Source: Chiloscyllium plagiosum
Taxonomy: Eukaryota
Assembly: GCF_004010195.1 (NCBI RefSeq)
Contig: NC_057749.1
Location: 6,574,702 to 6,634,636 of the forward strand
Length of the DNA stretch: 59,935 bases
Direction: 5' to 3'
Below, in pieces: positions 52,001 through 59,935 of the stretch. The notes beneath the pieces are model-generated. The model searched no databases and had not been told where the DNA came from. It was given only the letters and a program-made list of their open reading frames with translations. The number at the start of each line of letters is the position of its first letter. Positions within the stretch are counted from its first letter, which is position 1. The position numbers and the translations under genes are program-made.

Positions 52001-55000
52001 ATCAAAATTACAGCAAAGTCTTCCGATTAGGGGCAGCACAGTGACTCAGTAGTTAGCACTGCTGCCACACAGCGTCAGGGACCCAGGTTCAATTCCCACC
52101 TCGGGTGCCTGAATGTGTGGAGTTTGCACGTTGTCCCCATATCTGTGTGGGTTTCCTCCGGGTGCTCCGGTTTCCTCCCACAATCCAAAGATGTGCAGGT
52201 CAGGTGAATTGGCCATGCTAAATTGCCCATAGCGTTAGGTGCATAAGTCAGGGGTAAATATAAGGTAGTGGAATGTGTGTGGGTGGGTAACTCTTTGGAG
52301 AGTCGGTGTGGACTTGTTGGACTGTAGGGAATTTAATCTAATCTAATTAAAAAAGGAAAAAGTTGCAGAAAGTGGGAGGACAATTACCTAATCCACAATT
52401 ATGTACAGGTGTCCCCCTCTATCTGAAAGTAGAATGTTTGTAAGCCGAAATGATGTAAAGCGAAAAAACAATTACCATTAGTTTATATTGCAAAAATCTT
52501 TCCGTGTTCCCAGACCCAAAAAAGACCTATCAAATCATACCAAATAACACATAAAACCTAAAATAACATGAATATATAGTAAAGGGCATTGGAGGTTGGG
52601 GTAGTGGAAGGTACAGGATACCTTAGGACACATCTTGCCAACAGAGGTTCAAAATAAATGGAGATAAGGCACAAATGCTCACAGGCACAGGTCAAAGCTG
52701 TGGTGGATTGATGCTGAGTGTAGTTTCCGGGGAAGGCACTTGGTGACGCCATTCTCACTGAGCACGCTTTTTTGTAAAAGCGAAGATCCTCTTCCGGTTA
52801 GTGAAAATAGGGTTGAAAGTAAGTCTTTTCTAAAAGTGACTTGGTGTAAAGCGAACTTTTAAAAAGTGGGGAATACCTCTATTTCAAATAAATCCCAGTT
52901 CATAAGGATCGAGGAGCAGAGGTGGGCCTTTTAACCCATCAAGTCTTCTCTGTCTTTCAATAAGGTCATGGCTGATTTGATAATTCTCAACAATCCATTG
53001 TCAATTGTCAGGAAAAACCATTCTGGCTCACTAAGTCCATTAGCAAAGGAAACTGCCATCCTTACCTGATCTGGCCTACATGTGACTTCAGACCCACAGC
53101 AATGTGGCTGACTCTTAACTGCCCTCTGGGCAATTAGGGATGGGCAATAAATGCTGACTTAGCCAGTAATGCGCTCATCCCATGAATGAATACTCCACTC
53201 TCCTGTCTTTTCTGTTTAACACTTAATTCCCTTATTGATTCCCTGATTAAAGATCTGTCTATCTCAGCCTTGAATTTAGTTAATGGCTCAGCTTCAAGAG
53301 TCCACTATGGTAAAGAGTTGCACAGATTCAAAAAAATTCTCCACATCTCTGTCTTAAATATATGACCCCTTATTCGGACTTTATGCCTTCTTCACCTAGA
53401 TTGTCCGACAAGGGGAAACAAACTTTCCGCATCTACCCTGTCAGGTCCCCTCAGAATTTTGGATGTTTCAATAAGGCCACCTCGAATTCTTCTAATTTCC
53501 AATAAGTATCAGCTCAAACTACTCAACCTCGCCTCATAGGACAGTCCCTCCATACTTGATAACAGACTGGTGAACATTCTCTGGATTCCCACCAATGCCA
53601 GGATATTTTTCCTTAGATAAAGGACCTAAAACTGTCCACTGTATCCAGCTGTGGTTTGACTAGTGTCTTGTATAGTTTTAACAAAGCCTCCCTAATTCTA
53701 TAGAGGGTAGTGTGGTGCTAGAAAAACACAGCTGGTCAGGCAGCATCCAAAGAGCTGGGAATTGACTGTCATCCATAATCTCTTCATAGACTTTCTCCCT
53801 ATTTCTATACTCCATCCCCTTTGAAATAAAGGCCAACATCCCATTTGCACTCCCTATTACCCAATGAAGTTGAATAGGGACTGCTAAATCCCTCTGTTTA
53901 GTCATGGTGTAGAGATGCCAGTGTTGGACAGGGGTGGACAAAGTCAGAAGTCACATGACATCAGGTTATTGTCCAACAAGTTTATTTGAAATCACAAGTT
54001 TTCTGAGTGCTGCTCCTTTGTCACGGAGGGGCAGTGCTCTGAAAGTTCATGATCTCAAATAAACCTGTTGGACCATTACCTGGTGTCCTGTGACTTCTGA
54101 CTTTGTCCCTCTGATTAGAACAGTCCTTTATAATAATATGGTCTTTAGGCATGACTGCTGGAGAAATTACCCAACCGTCTCCATTCTAGTCTGACTTTGT
54201 GAAATATCCTAGTCAAGATGACTGTTCTTTGGGCATCTTGTGAGGAAGCTGTGTCCGCGTTTTGAGACTGTTATGAGGAAAGGAAGGACTCTTGGCCACA
54301 AAAAACAATTCAAAAATCAAAGTAGTAAAATCCTCAAGAATACAGTGAGTTTGTTGTGGGTAGATCAGCACAAATTAAATTTAATTCAGCTACATATTAA
54401 GAAATCTCACAGACAATCAAATATTGAAGCAATAGTTTAATTTTTATTGCATGTAGCTACCTAAATAAGACCCCCTCAAGTAAGCAAGTTAAGTTTCACT
54501 ACCCAACTTGGCTATTTCTCAATTAATGATGAAATCTGGCCAAGACTTTACAAGCAGTGTCTGTCTCTGGAAGCGTCTTTATGCAGTGTTCTTCGAAGTT
54601 CTGCTATTGACTAGTTTTGGTGTTGGATTCTTGTGCAATTTTCATTTTTTCAAGTTTGTGGTGTGACATTATTGATAATTCAATGGCTTCTTTCATTTCC
54701 AATATTTATTATTTTCCTGAGGACCTCACATCTGTAGCTTACCTTCTTATCAGAAGCAGCTCCTCTGTTCCTTTTACACTTGGAGTTAGCTGTCTGTTTA
54801 AAACACAGTCTTCCCTGCAATTAACTCTTTAAATTCTTCTGCAGGGCAATCCTTGTCCTTTGTGGTAATACCACATCCAGTTTATTAAGCAATTTTATTT
54901 CTGTAAACATGCCAAGACATGGCTCATTGCTTTCAGTCTCAGTGTTAAACCTTGTCTTTGATCTTTTCCTCTCAAGAAACCGCTTACTCCAGACAGAGAT

Positions 55001-58000
55001 ATTTGCTGATTCTTTCTGTGTATAACAGTTCATCTTTTGTTGGTTCATTCAATCAATGCATAGTTATTAAATCTGTGAAGTTTATATTGCCACAAGTTCA
55101 AGGTGTCGGTTGCAATGTGGTGATTGTGCAATTTATGCCATTGACTTTGGACATGCAAAGATGTTGCATTTAGCACAAGCTTCTCCTGTCACACTCCAGA
55201 TGGTGTTCGTTATAGATAGAAAACACTCTCAATAAAGTGTTGTGCTATGGTTTCAGGACCCTGCAGCAACCTCAAGATGATGTTGCATATCATGGAGTAT
55301 AAATAGCACAGTCTGGGGTGGAGCTTGAATGTTCTACAAGGCGAGTTGAAAGCACATTGACATGGACACAAGGAGAAGATAGATTAGTCCTTAACCAGTA
55401 TCATGATAAATCAAGACCTGGTATGCCTATGATTACCATGGATGACAATATTTACGACTAATGTGTAACAAATAGCATTTGAAAGCCTAATTCTGAAGAC
55501 ATTTCTTGACTTTATCCTCCCCTCAAATAATCTATCTTGAACTCAAACTCATAGTATGGCATTGAACCACACATAACAGACAAAAAGGGGAAAACCAGCC
55601 ATTTGACTGGGAGATTGAGATTTACAATTGCACTTAACATTCAGTAGTTTGTATAAATACTACTAAATCAGTTCTACTCAGTGAAAGTTCAGGAGTTATC
55701 AAACTAAATATCACAGTTGTTCTTCAGACTAAACTATAGTTAGCTTTATATTTAGAACTTGGTAACGCTGCTCTAGCATGTATCTGCCTTAACTGTATGG
55801 TAGGTATAGTGTGCCTTAACTGTATGGTAGGTATAGTGATTGTCACGAGGTCAGCCAGGTGGACCTCATAGAATAGGAGTTCCCTGACTGGGGCTGTTAA
55901 CTTGGTCCAATCAGGGAGCCCTGACTGACCGATATAAACAGGGGTTCTGCTCACGCTGAGAGCCAGCTCTGGAGAAGCCGGACCAGTGTCAGTGCTATGC
56001 ACGGGTAAATAAAGGGTGACTTGATGACGGGATACCAGTCTCTGTGGAGATATTTCAGATGCTGTTGTTTACGTTTTAGTGCATTAGGAGAAAGGATTAT
56101 TCTCATCACTCTGTGTGTGTCACAGCTTCTTTAATGCATTTGAAGAGAAAATGTTGAAAATATGTTGTGACATTTATAGATCGAAACATTTCCTCATGTA
56201 ACATCCGCCCTTTTAAATGTCAATGGGGACAAAATTCTTCCCTTTTAGCCCAGTTTGGGTGTCTTATCCACCTTCCCATTGCACATGACGTGAGAAACAA
56301 GGTCCAGAGAATGGCTCTTCCTGCTAACTGTTGCCTGCGGCGTTCCCTGCTCTGCCAAACGCACGTCGGATTTAATTGGGACTAATTTGATGTCTCTGTA
56401 CTGTTCCCTGTGCAGCCAACTATTCAAATCCCAAGAAAGTTTGACCAATTTACAACAATGCTTTGAGTGATCGATGGCCTGAGGTCACATTGGAACTCGG
56501 CTGTCATGTCGCTTTAGCTATGAATCACTTGTTTAGTGCTTCAGCTCAACCGATGCTGGAATGTAACCAGAAGTGATCGTCGATGTTTTCAGCATTGTAC
56601 GGAAAACTACGAAAGGGAATTGGATACACATACAATGGTAAACTTTTCAGGGCTGTGGGAAAAGAGCGTTGGTGGTGGAATTAACTGAATAACTCTCTCA
56701 AAGCCAAACCCAAATATAATTAACTGAATGGCCTATTATCCTATTCTCCTTCTTCATGTATGTCTCCAAACTGTCCTGCAGCTGTGAAACACACACACAT
56801 GGAATCCAGGCCATAATTCCCTTTCAAAGGAATGACAAGCTCACAAAGCCTAAACATGCTTAACTGTAGACATATTCATGTGTTTCTCACTGTTCTAGAC
56901 CATGAAGTACGCAGAGCAGAGGATTCCCACTCTGAATGAATACTGTGTTGTCTGTGACGAGCAGCATGTCTTCCAGAATGGGTCAATGTTGAAGGTAAGC
57001 ACAACTGTATCATCTTTGCAGTCAGGGGAACATGCCTTGGAATGTCATTTGCTTCAATGGACACAGAATGGGATCATGGAACAGTGACCAATATTCCCAT
57101 GCAGCAACTTTGTAATCTTGGCTGGGTTACCAGGTCAAAGAATGACATTGCTACATCCAATGTTTGCCATTGTCTTTTAACAGGGGAGGATAAAATGAAT
57201 GGGAGGTCATCATTTCAGAGATTACTCCAGGAAAACACTGGCCAAAACTCAGGAATTTGATGCAGGAAATGTTGTCAGATTTCAGCTTTTTTCGACTTTT
57301 TTCATTTCCAAAGTATTTCTCGACTTAAAAGTTTGTATATTCGGAGAACAGAGTTGAGGAGAAACTTCTTCACCCAGAGAGTGGTGGATTTATGGAATGC
57401 TCTGCCCCAGAAGGCAGTGGAGACCATGTCACTGGATATTTTCAAGAAAGAGATGGATAGATCTCTTAAAGATAGTGGAATCAAGGGTTATGGGGATAAG
57501 GCAGGAACAGGATACTGATTGTGGATGATCAGCCATGATCATAATGACTGATGGTGCTGGTTCGAAGGGCCGAATGGCCTATTGTCTATTGTCTACAAAT
57601 AGGTTCAAAAACAGCTTTTACCCCACTGTTATTAGACCTCTGAATGAACCTCTCAAATTTTAAACTGAATGTTGATCTCGTTGATTTATATGTTCTGATT
57701 TGCATGTCTTAGAAACAGTACCAAGAAAAGGTCTATCCAGCTTGGTTCTGAAATTTTCAGTTGACTTCAAGAGTCAATAGTTTTCTGTATTCATGGACTC
57801 CTTTCCTGACAGGTCCTTCTCAATACTCACTCAAATAACCAGCTGAACTTCGTCAGAAGCCAATCTTCCTGCATCTACTTTTCTTGATGTTATTAAAGAC
57901 ATGACAATAATCTAGCAATTGGTTCATCCCAGCCAACTGTACCTCAGTTCGTTACTACTGAAGACCTTAGGGTACATAAATGTCAGGAATTTGATCTGGT

Positions 58001-59240
58001 CAAATTGTCTTAAACAAAAGACTTTGCATTTATAGAGCACCTCTCACAGCATTAAGACATGAGAGTGGTCCAGGTACATAACTCTTTGAAGGTTGTACCA
58101 TATGGAAACAAGGTAGTTCAGAAGGCATTTAGCACACTTGCCTTCATTGGTCAGACCATTGATTATAGGAGGCCATGTTGAAGTTGTAAAAGATGTTGAT
58201 GAGGCCTCTTCTGGAGTAGTGTGTCCAATTCTGGTCACCCTGTTATAGGAAGGATATCATTAAGCCAGAGAGGGATCACGATGTTGATGGGAGTGCAGGG
58301 TTTGAGTTATAAGGAGAGGCTGGATAGGATGAGATGTATTTTTCACTGGAGGATAGGAGATTGAGGGGTGACCTCACAGAGGTTTATAAAATCATGAGGG
58401 GCATAGACAAGGTGAATAGCAAGGGTCTTTTCCCCAGGGTGGGGAATTTCAAGACTTGGGGGAATATTTTTAAGATGAGTGGAGAAAGATTTAAAAAGGA
58501 CGTGAGGGGCAACGTTTTTGCGCAGAGTAGTTTGTGTGTGGAATGAACTTCCAGAGGAAGTGGGTACAGTTATTATGCTTAAAAGACATTTTGATAAATA
58601 CATGAATAGAAAATGTTTGGAGGGATATGGGCCAAGCGCAGGCAGGTGGGACTAGGTTAGTTCGGGATTATAGTCGGCATGGGCTGGTTGGACCGAAGGG
58701 TCTGTTTCCGTGCTGTATGACTCGATGACTCTTGACTAGTTTTGGAGTGTGGTCACTATTGTAATGTAGGAAGCACATGGTTAGTACATGGCAAGTTCTA
58801 CAAATATCATGGTGTTAGTGATCAAATAAACAGTTTCAGTTGCATATTTGGGGATGATCTTGGTCTGAAAACTGAATAGTGTTCTTGTTCTTTGGAGAAA
58901 TATTATTTTACTGAGAGAGGCCAAACAGTGCAGCATTCCTTCAGTACTGCATTGGAAGGGTCAGCCTAGATTTTGTTGGGGAGTCTCTGGGATGGGAGTT
59001 GAACTCTCAACCTCCTGGTGTTAGGATACTAACATTAAACCTGGCTGAGATATAAGTGCATGAGGTCCTGATGCTTGTGTCACCCTTACCTGCTGCTTGA
59101 ATTTCAGAGGCTTGACAATTTTCATTCTTTACTTCACTCTCACCCAGCCTGCAGTTTGTACTCGGGAACTATGCGTTTTCTCATTCTACACACTGGGAGT
59201 GATGTCTGGAGCAGCAGAAGAAGTTGCCACTGGAGCAGAG
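27938..59240 (+). CDS. PARP6: PARP6 (mono-ADP-ribosyltransferase ARTD17), partial multi-exon gene: 9 coding exons visible, N-terminal exon(s) and catalytic domain outside the window or not found
   Basis: The spliced translation GSCAADLYRHPQLDADIEAVKEIY...EYGTIDDVDVDLHIN...FSLSQYLDGPEPSVDVFQPSNKEGFGLGLQLKKILGMFTSQQWKHLSNDFLK...HCKNIPTLEYGFLVQTMKYAEQRIPTLNEYCVVCDEQHVFQNGSMLKPAVCTRELCVFSFYTLGVMSGAAEEVATGAE closely matches vertebrate PARP6 as I recall it. All exon phases are compatible. Confidence 0.95.
28953..29268 (+). mobile_element. HE1-like SINE
   Basis: tRNA-like head, V-domain, tail. Confidence 0.8.
30265..30545 (+). mobile_element. HE1-like SINE
   Basis: tRNA-like head, V-domain, tail. 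Confidence 0.8.
30583..30730 (-). mobile_element. Penelope-type fragment (family C) with a decayed hammerhead core at ~30649-30684
   Basis: Minus strand GUU-CUGAGGA-A-GGGUC(AAUG)GACCC-(A)AAA-C(A)UU-AAC; both deviations are consistent with CpG decay. Confidence 0.65.
31980..32300 (+). mobile_element. HE1-like SINE with an internal duplication
   Basis: The gtccaa.gatgtgcagg.tag.tggatt.gccatggaaaat block is present twice. Confidence 0.8.
32699..32759 (+). CDS. PARP6: PARP6 coding exon (EYGTIDDVDVDLHINMSFLD)
   Basis: Acceptor ttcttcctgcag, donor gat|gtaagt; 61 nt. Confidence 0.95.
32970..34810 (-). mobile_element. Nested CR1 LINE fragments (two subfamilies)
   Basis: LYRTLVRPLLEYSVQFW and LYRVLVRPHLEY on the minus strand; a second tail starts at ~33535. 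Confidence 0.88.
35455..35835 (-). mobile_element. 3' fragment of the tRNA-headed LINE family
   Basis: Reverse complement of the 17300-17700 block. Confidence 0.7.
36320..37115 (+). mobile_element. CR1 3' fragment with a family A Penelope-type insert (~36724-36832)
   Basis: CR1 relics QRDLGVWMHSSLK and KTRGHTFKVRGE flank the insert. Confidence 0.82.
37975..38420 (+). mobile_element. CR1 3' fragment
   Basis: CR1 RT C-terminus and tail. Confidence 0.82.
38545..39055 (-). mobile_element. tRNA-headed SINE interrupted by a Penelope-type insert (38849-39005)
   Basis: 14-bp TSD tctctagattaaca at 38835-38848 and 39006-39019. Confidence 0.8.
39395..39532 (-). mobile_element. Short Penelope-type insert (family B)
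   Basis: TSD-like aggttaaga at 39386-39394 and 39533-39541; same sequence as the ends of the 43596 and 45100 elements. Confidence 0.72.
39488..39522 (-). ncRNA. Minimal type I hammerhead ribozyme core (family B)
   Basis: CAC-CUGAUGA-A-GGAGC(AGC)GCUCC-GAAA-GCUA-GUG: intact core, 5-bp stem II, AGCU palindrome, CAC/GUG stem I. Confidence 0.75.
40643..40733 (+). CDS. PARP6: PARP6 coding exon (EEIATAWKVARIEPMVLRLRFSLSQYLDGP)
   Basis: Acceptor gataacag, donor g|gtaagt; 91 nt. Confidence 0.95.
40810..41140 (-). mobile_element. tRNA-headed SINE
   Basis: B box gggttcgaatcc on the minus strand; tail gggcaattagggatggg. Confidence 0.78.
41369..41892 (-). mobile_element. Two tandem 3'-end fragments of a Tx1/L1-like LINE inside a SINE
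   Basis: Minus-strand DHVLRDALK..AAAKAQWGK C-terminus, AATAAA and an A-rich end; second copy from ~41700. Confidence 0.65.
42850..43316 (-). mobile_element. Penelope-like element 3' fragment encoding a GIY-YIG endonuclease (family D)
   Basis: VVYKIPCKDCTKHYIGQTGRQLTIRIHEH...HEFDWDNTTIIG..R.AREFLEAWH in an open frame ending at 42907. Confidence 0.92.
42886..42927 (-). ncRNA. Minimal type I hammerhead ribozyme core overlapping the GIY-YIG stop codon
   Basis: CA-CUGAUGA-U-GUCGCCU(AGCC)AGGGGAC-GAAA-CGUU-UG. Confidence 0.75.
43317..44190 (+). repeat. Local duplicate of ~44807-45655
   Basis: Near-identical direct copy beginning tggagcaccaataatgtttttgtgg, including a family B Penelope-type 3' end. 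Confidence 0.92.
45098..45760 (-). mobile_element. Penelope-type 3' region (family B) with a GT-rich segment and a decayed hammerhead (~45157-45187)
   Basis: aaagttaaaaatcacacaacaccagg...tagcttttggagcaccgctccttcatcaggtgg. Confidence 0.72.
45822..45888 (+). CDS. PARP6: PARP6 coding exon (EPSVDVFQPSNKEGFGLGLQLKK)
   Basis: Acceptor tttcccgacag, donor aa|gtgagt; 67 nt. Confidence 0.95.
46907..47037 (-). mobile_element. HE1 3' fragment with an expanded (TAATC)n tail
   Basis: (ttaga)n at ~46908-46953 followed by cagtgtggaaacaggcccttcggccc. Confidence 0.85.
47133..47348. mobile_element. Inverted-pair Penelope-type cassette (family A), decayed cores
   Basis: Inverted arms around ~47250; ctgatga at 47255-47261. 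Confidence 0.72.
47542..47691 (+). CDS. PARP6: PARP6 coding exon (ILGMFTSQQWKHLSNDFLKRQQEKRQSWFKSSSRVKKFRSGLSIFSSIPK)
   Basis: Acceptor ctttttgcag, donor aa|gtaagg; 150 nt. The reading frame differs from ORF 47503..47712 in the supplied track. Confidence 0.95.
48730..48880 (+). CDS. PARP6: PARP6 coding exon (SPSFPLIQDSMLKSKLGVPDLRVNRIINRSISCTMKSPKVELLGIPSANQ), ending at a GC donor
   Basis: Acceptor cttgttccag; 151 nt; CAG|GCAAGT non-canonical donor gives phase 0, which matches the next exon. Confidence 0.88.
48989..49694. mobile_element. Solo LTR (13111 family) inserted into an antisense tRNA-SINE; contains a CR1 tail insert
   Basis: TGTTATGG...CATCACA termini, agagag on both flanks. Confidence 0.72.
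50110..50345 (+). mobile_element. Internally deleted HE1 SINE
   Basis: Head and tail present, V-domain partly missing. Confidence 0.8.
50655..51250 (+). mobile_element. Two tRNA-headed SINE copies (LINE-derived family)
   Basis: Heads at ~50660 and ~50960; shared cctggtct..cctacatgtgac block and tagggatgggcaataaat tail. Confidence 0.75.
51371..51424 (+). CDS. PARP6: PARP6 coding exon (AGSHCKNIPTLEYGFLVQ)
   Basis: Acceptor tttatccacag, donor cag|gtaaac; 54 nt. Confidence 0.95.
52030..52347 (+). mobile_element. HE1 SINE
   Basis: A and B boxes, V-domain, taatctaatc tail. Confidence 0.88.
52406..52879. mobile_element. Non-autonomous Tc1/mariner-pogo-like DNA transposon (MITE)
   Basis: TA|CAGGTGTCCCC ... 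GGGGAATACCT(C)|TA imperfect TIRs; repeated gtaaagcgaa subterminal motifs. Confidence 0.55.
52900..53890 (-). mobile_element. CR1 3' fragment interrupted by a SINE (~52995-53190) and a family A fragment (~53710-53770)
   Basis: Reverse-complement CR1 tail and ANGMLAFISKGMEYRNRE relic. Confidence 0.75.
53902..54106. mobile_element. Inverted-pair Penelope-type cassette (family B-related)
   Basis: ~85-bp inverted arms ggacaaagtcagaagtcac...gtgacttctgactttgtcc; TSD ccctctg(t/a)ttag at 53890-53901 and 54107-54118. Confidence 0.72.
55785..55838. repeat. Perfect 27-bp tandem duplication
   Basis: tgccttaactgtatggtaggtatagtg x2. Confidence 0.9.
55841..56057 (+). mobile_element. Short solo LTR with CCAAT, TATA and AATAAA
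   Basis: TGTCAC...TTTCA termini; ccaat ~55907, tataaa ~55933, aataaa ~56008; homologous to 25852-26078. Confidence 0.68.
56899..56994 (+). CDS. PARP6: PARP6 coding exon (TMKYAEQRIPTLNEYCVVCDEQHVFQNGSMLK)
   Basis: Acceptor ctgttctag, donor aag|gtaagc; 96 nt. Confidence 0.96.
57340..57595 (+). mobile_element. CR1 3' end (second subfamily)
   Basis: RTELRRNFFTQRVVDLWNALPQKAVE. Confidence 0.85.
58040..58735 (+). mobile_element. CR1 3' fragment
   Basis: FSLEDRRLRGDLTEVYKIMRG and tail. Confidence 0.85.
58740..59050 (-). mobile_element. Ancient DeuSINE (SacSINE1/AmnSINE-like) remnant
   Basis: Minus-strand cca.tgcagtactga.gga.tgctgcactg Deu-domain motif and a B-box-like gagttcaactcc. Confidence 0.55.
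59148..59240 (+). CDS. PARP6: PARP6 coding exon (PAVCTRELCVFSFYTLGVMSGAAEEVATGAE)
   Basis: Acceptor ctctcacccag, donor gag|gtaagt; 93 nt. Confidence 0.96.
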
Positions 59241-59614
59241 GTAAGTAAGACAGGATTTGCCTGAAGCTAATCAACTTAACAACAACAACTCGTATTTGCG
59301 TGAGGACTTTAATATCTCAGGATGCGACACATGAATATTAAAAAAAACAAGGTAATGTACTAAGCCACATGAACTATTTGATCAGATTACAAGACCTTTG
59401 GACATAGATGTGGCTTTTACATGTCCCACCTGAAGAATGTGAGATGGGAGGCAGAGAGGTGTAGGGAGAGAATTCCTGAAGCCTCGACGGGAGAGGTTGT
59501 GGCCACCAATGGTGGAGTGATTAACACAGAGAATTCTGGAGAAACTCAGCTGGTCTGACAGCATCCGTGGAGAGAGAAACAGAGTTAGCGTTTTGAGTCC
59601 AATATGACTCAACA

Positions 59615-59935
59615 GTCAAGGCAGGCAGGGATCAGGACTAATAAATTAAACTGCATTTATTTCAATGCAAGGGGCCTAACAGGGAAGGCAGATGAACTCA
59701 GGGCATGGTTAGGAACATGGGACTGGGATATCATAGCAATTACGGAAACATGGCTCAGGGATGGGCAGGACTGGCAGCTGAATGTTCCAGGATACCAATG
59801 CTTCAGGAAGGATAGAAAGGGAGGCAAAAGAGGAGGGGGAGTGGCATTTTTGATTAGGGATAGCATTACAGCTGTGCTGAGGGAGGATATCCCCGGAAAT
59901 AAATCCAGGGAAGTTATTTGGGTGGAACTAAGAAA
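59615..59935 (+). mobile_element. Young CR1 LINE ORF2 N-terminus (APE endonuclease), running off the window
   Basis: Uninterrupted frame from 59643: KLNCIYFNARGLTGKADELRAWLGTWDWDIIAITETWL...PGYQCFRKDRKGGKRGGGVAFLI. Confidence 0.9.

Noticed and set aside
27938..59240. PARP8 instead of PARP6
   Set aside because: The compact middle region and residue-level matches (EQHVFQNGSMLKPAVCTRELCVFSFYTLGVMSGAAEE) fit PARP6 as I recall it; PARP8 has a long insert there
304..59866. The many short ORFs in the six-frame track as independent genes
   Set aside because: They map to SINE, CR1 or Penelope fragments or random frames. Only 51332..51619 and 56902..57087 overlap true exons in frame; 42907..43452 is a Penelope fragment fused to unrelated sequence.

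Overview
This is eukaryotic, repeat-rich genomic DNA, almost certainly from an elasmobranch (HE1-type V-SINEs, HER1/CR1 LINE tails, DeuSINE remnants). It covers the 5' half of a + strand PARP6 orthologue. Nine coding exons between 27938 and 59240 splice in consistent phase, and one intron uses a GC donor. The first coding exon(s) were not found and the catalytic-domain exons lie beyond the window. Almost all ORFs in the supplied track are repeat-derived or spurious. The most striking non-coding signal is a set of four sequence-distinct Penelope-type repeat families. Each carries a minimal type I hammerhead ribozyme core (CUGANGA, a family-specific stem II, GAAA, a 4-nt palindrome). Several occur as tiny TSD-flanked inserts or inverted pairs, and one sits at the end of a GIY-YIG ORF. 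Other notable items: a TSD-bounded composite insertion in which a Penelope fragment carries about 870 bp copied from nearby DNA; an apparently ORF1-less LINE with a tRNA-like head whose head+tail derivatives form an abundant SINE; a heavily decayed possible LTR-retroelement/ERV; and two Tx1-like 3' ends stacked at the same SINE position. Repeat boundaries were read by eye and are approximate; family names come from recalled consensus features, not a database search.
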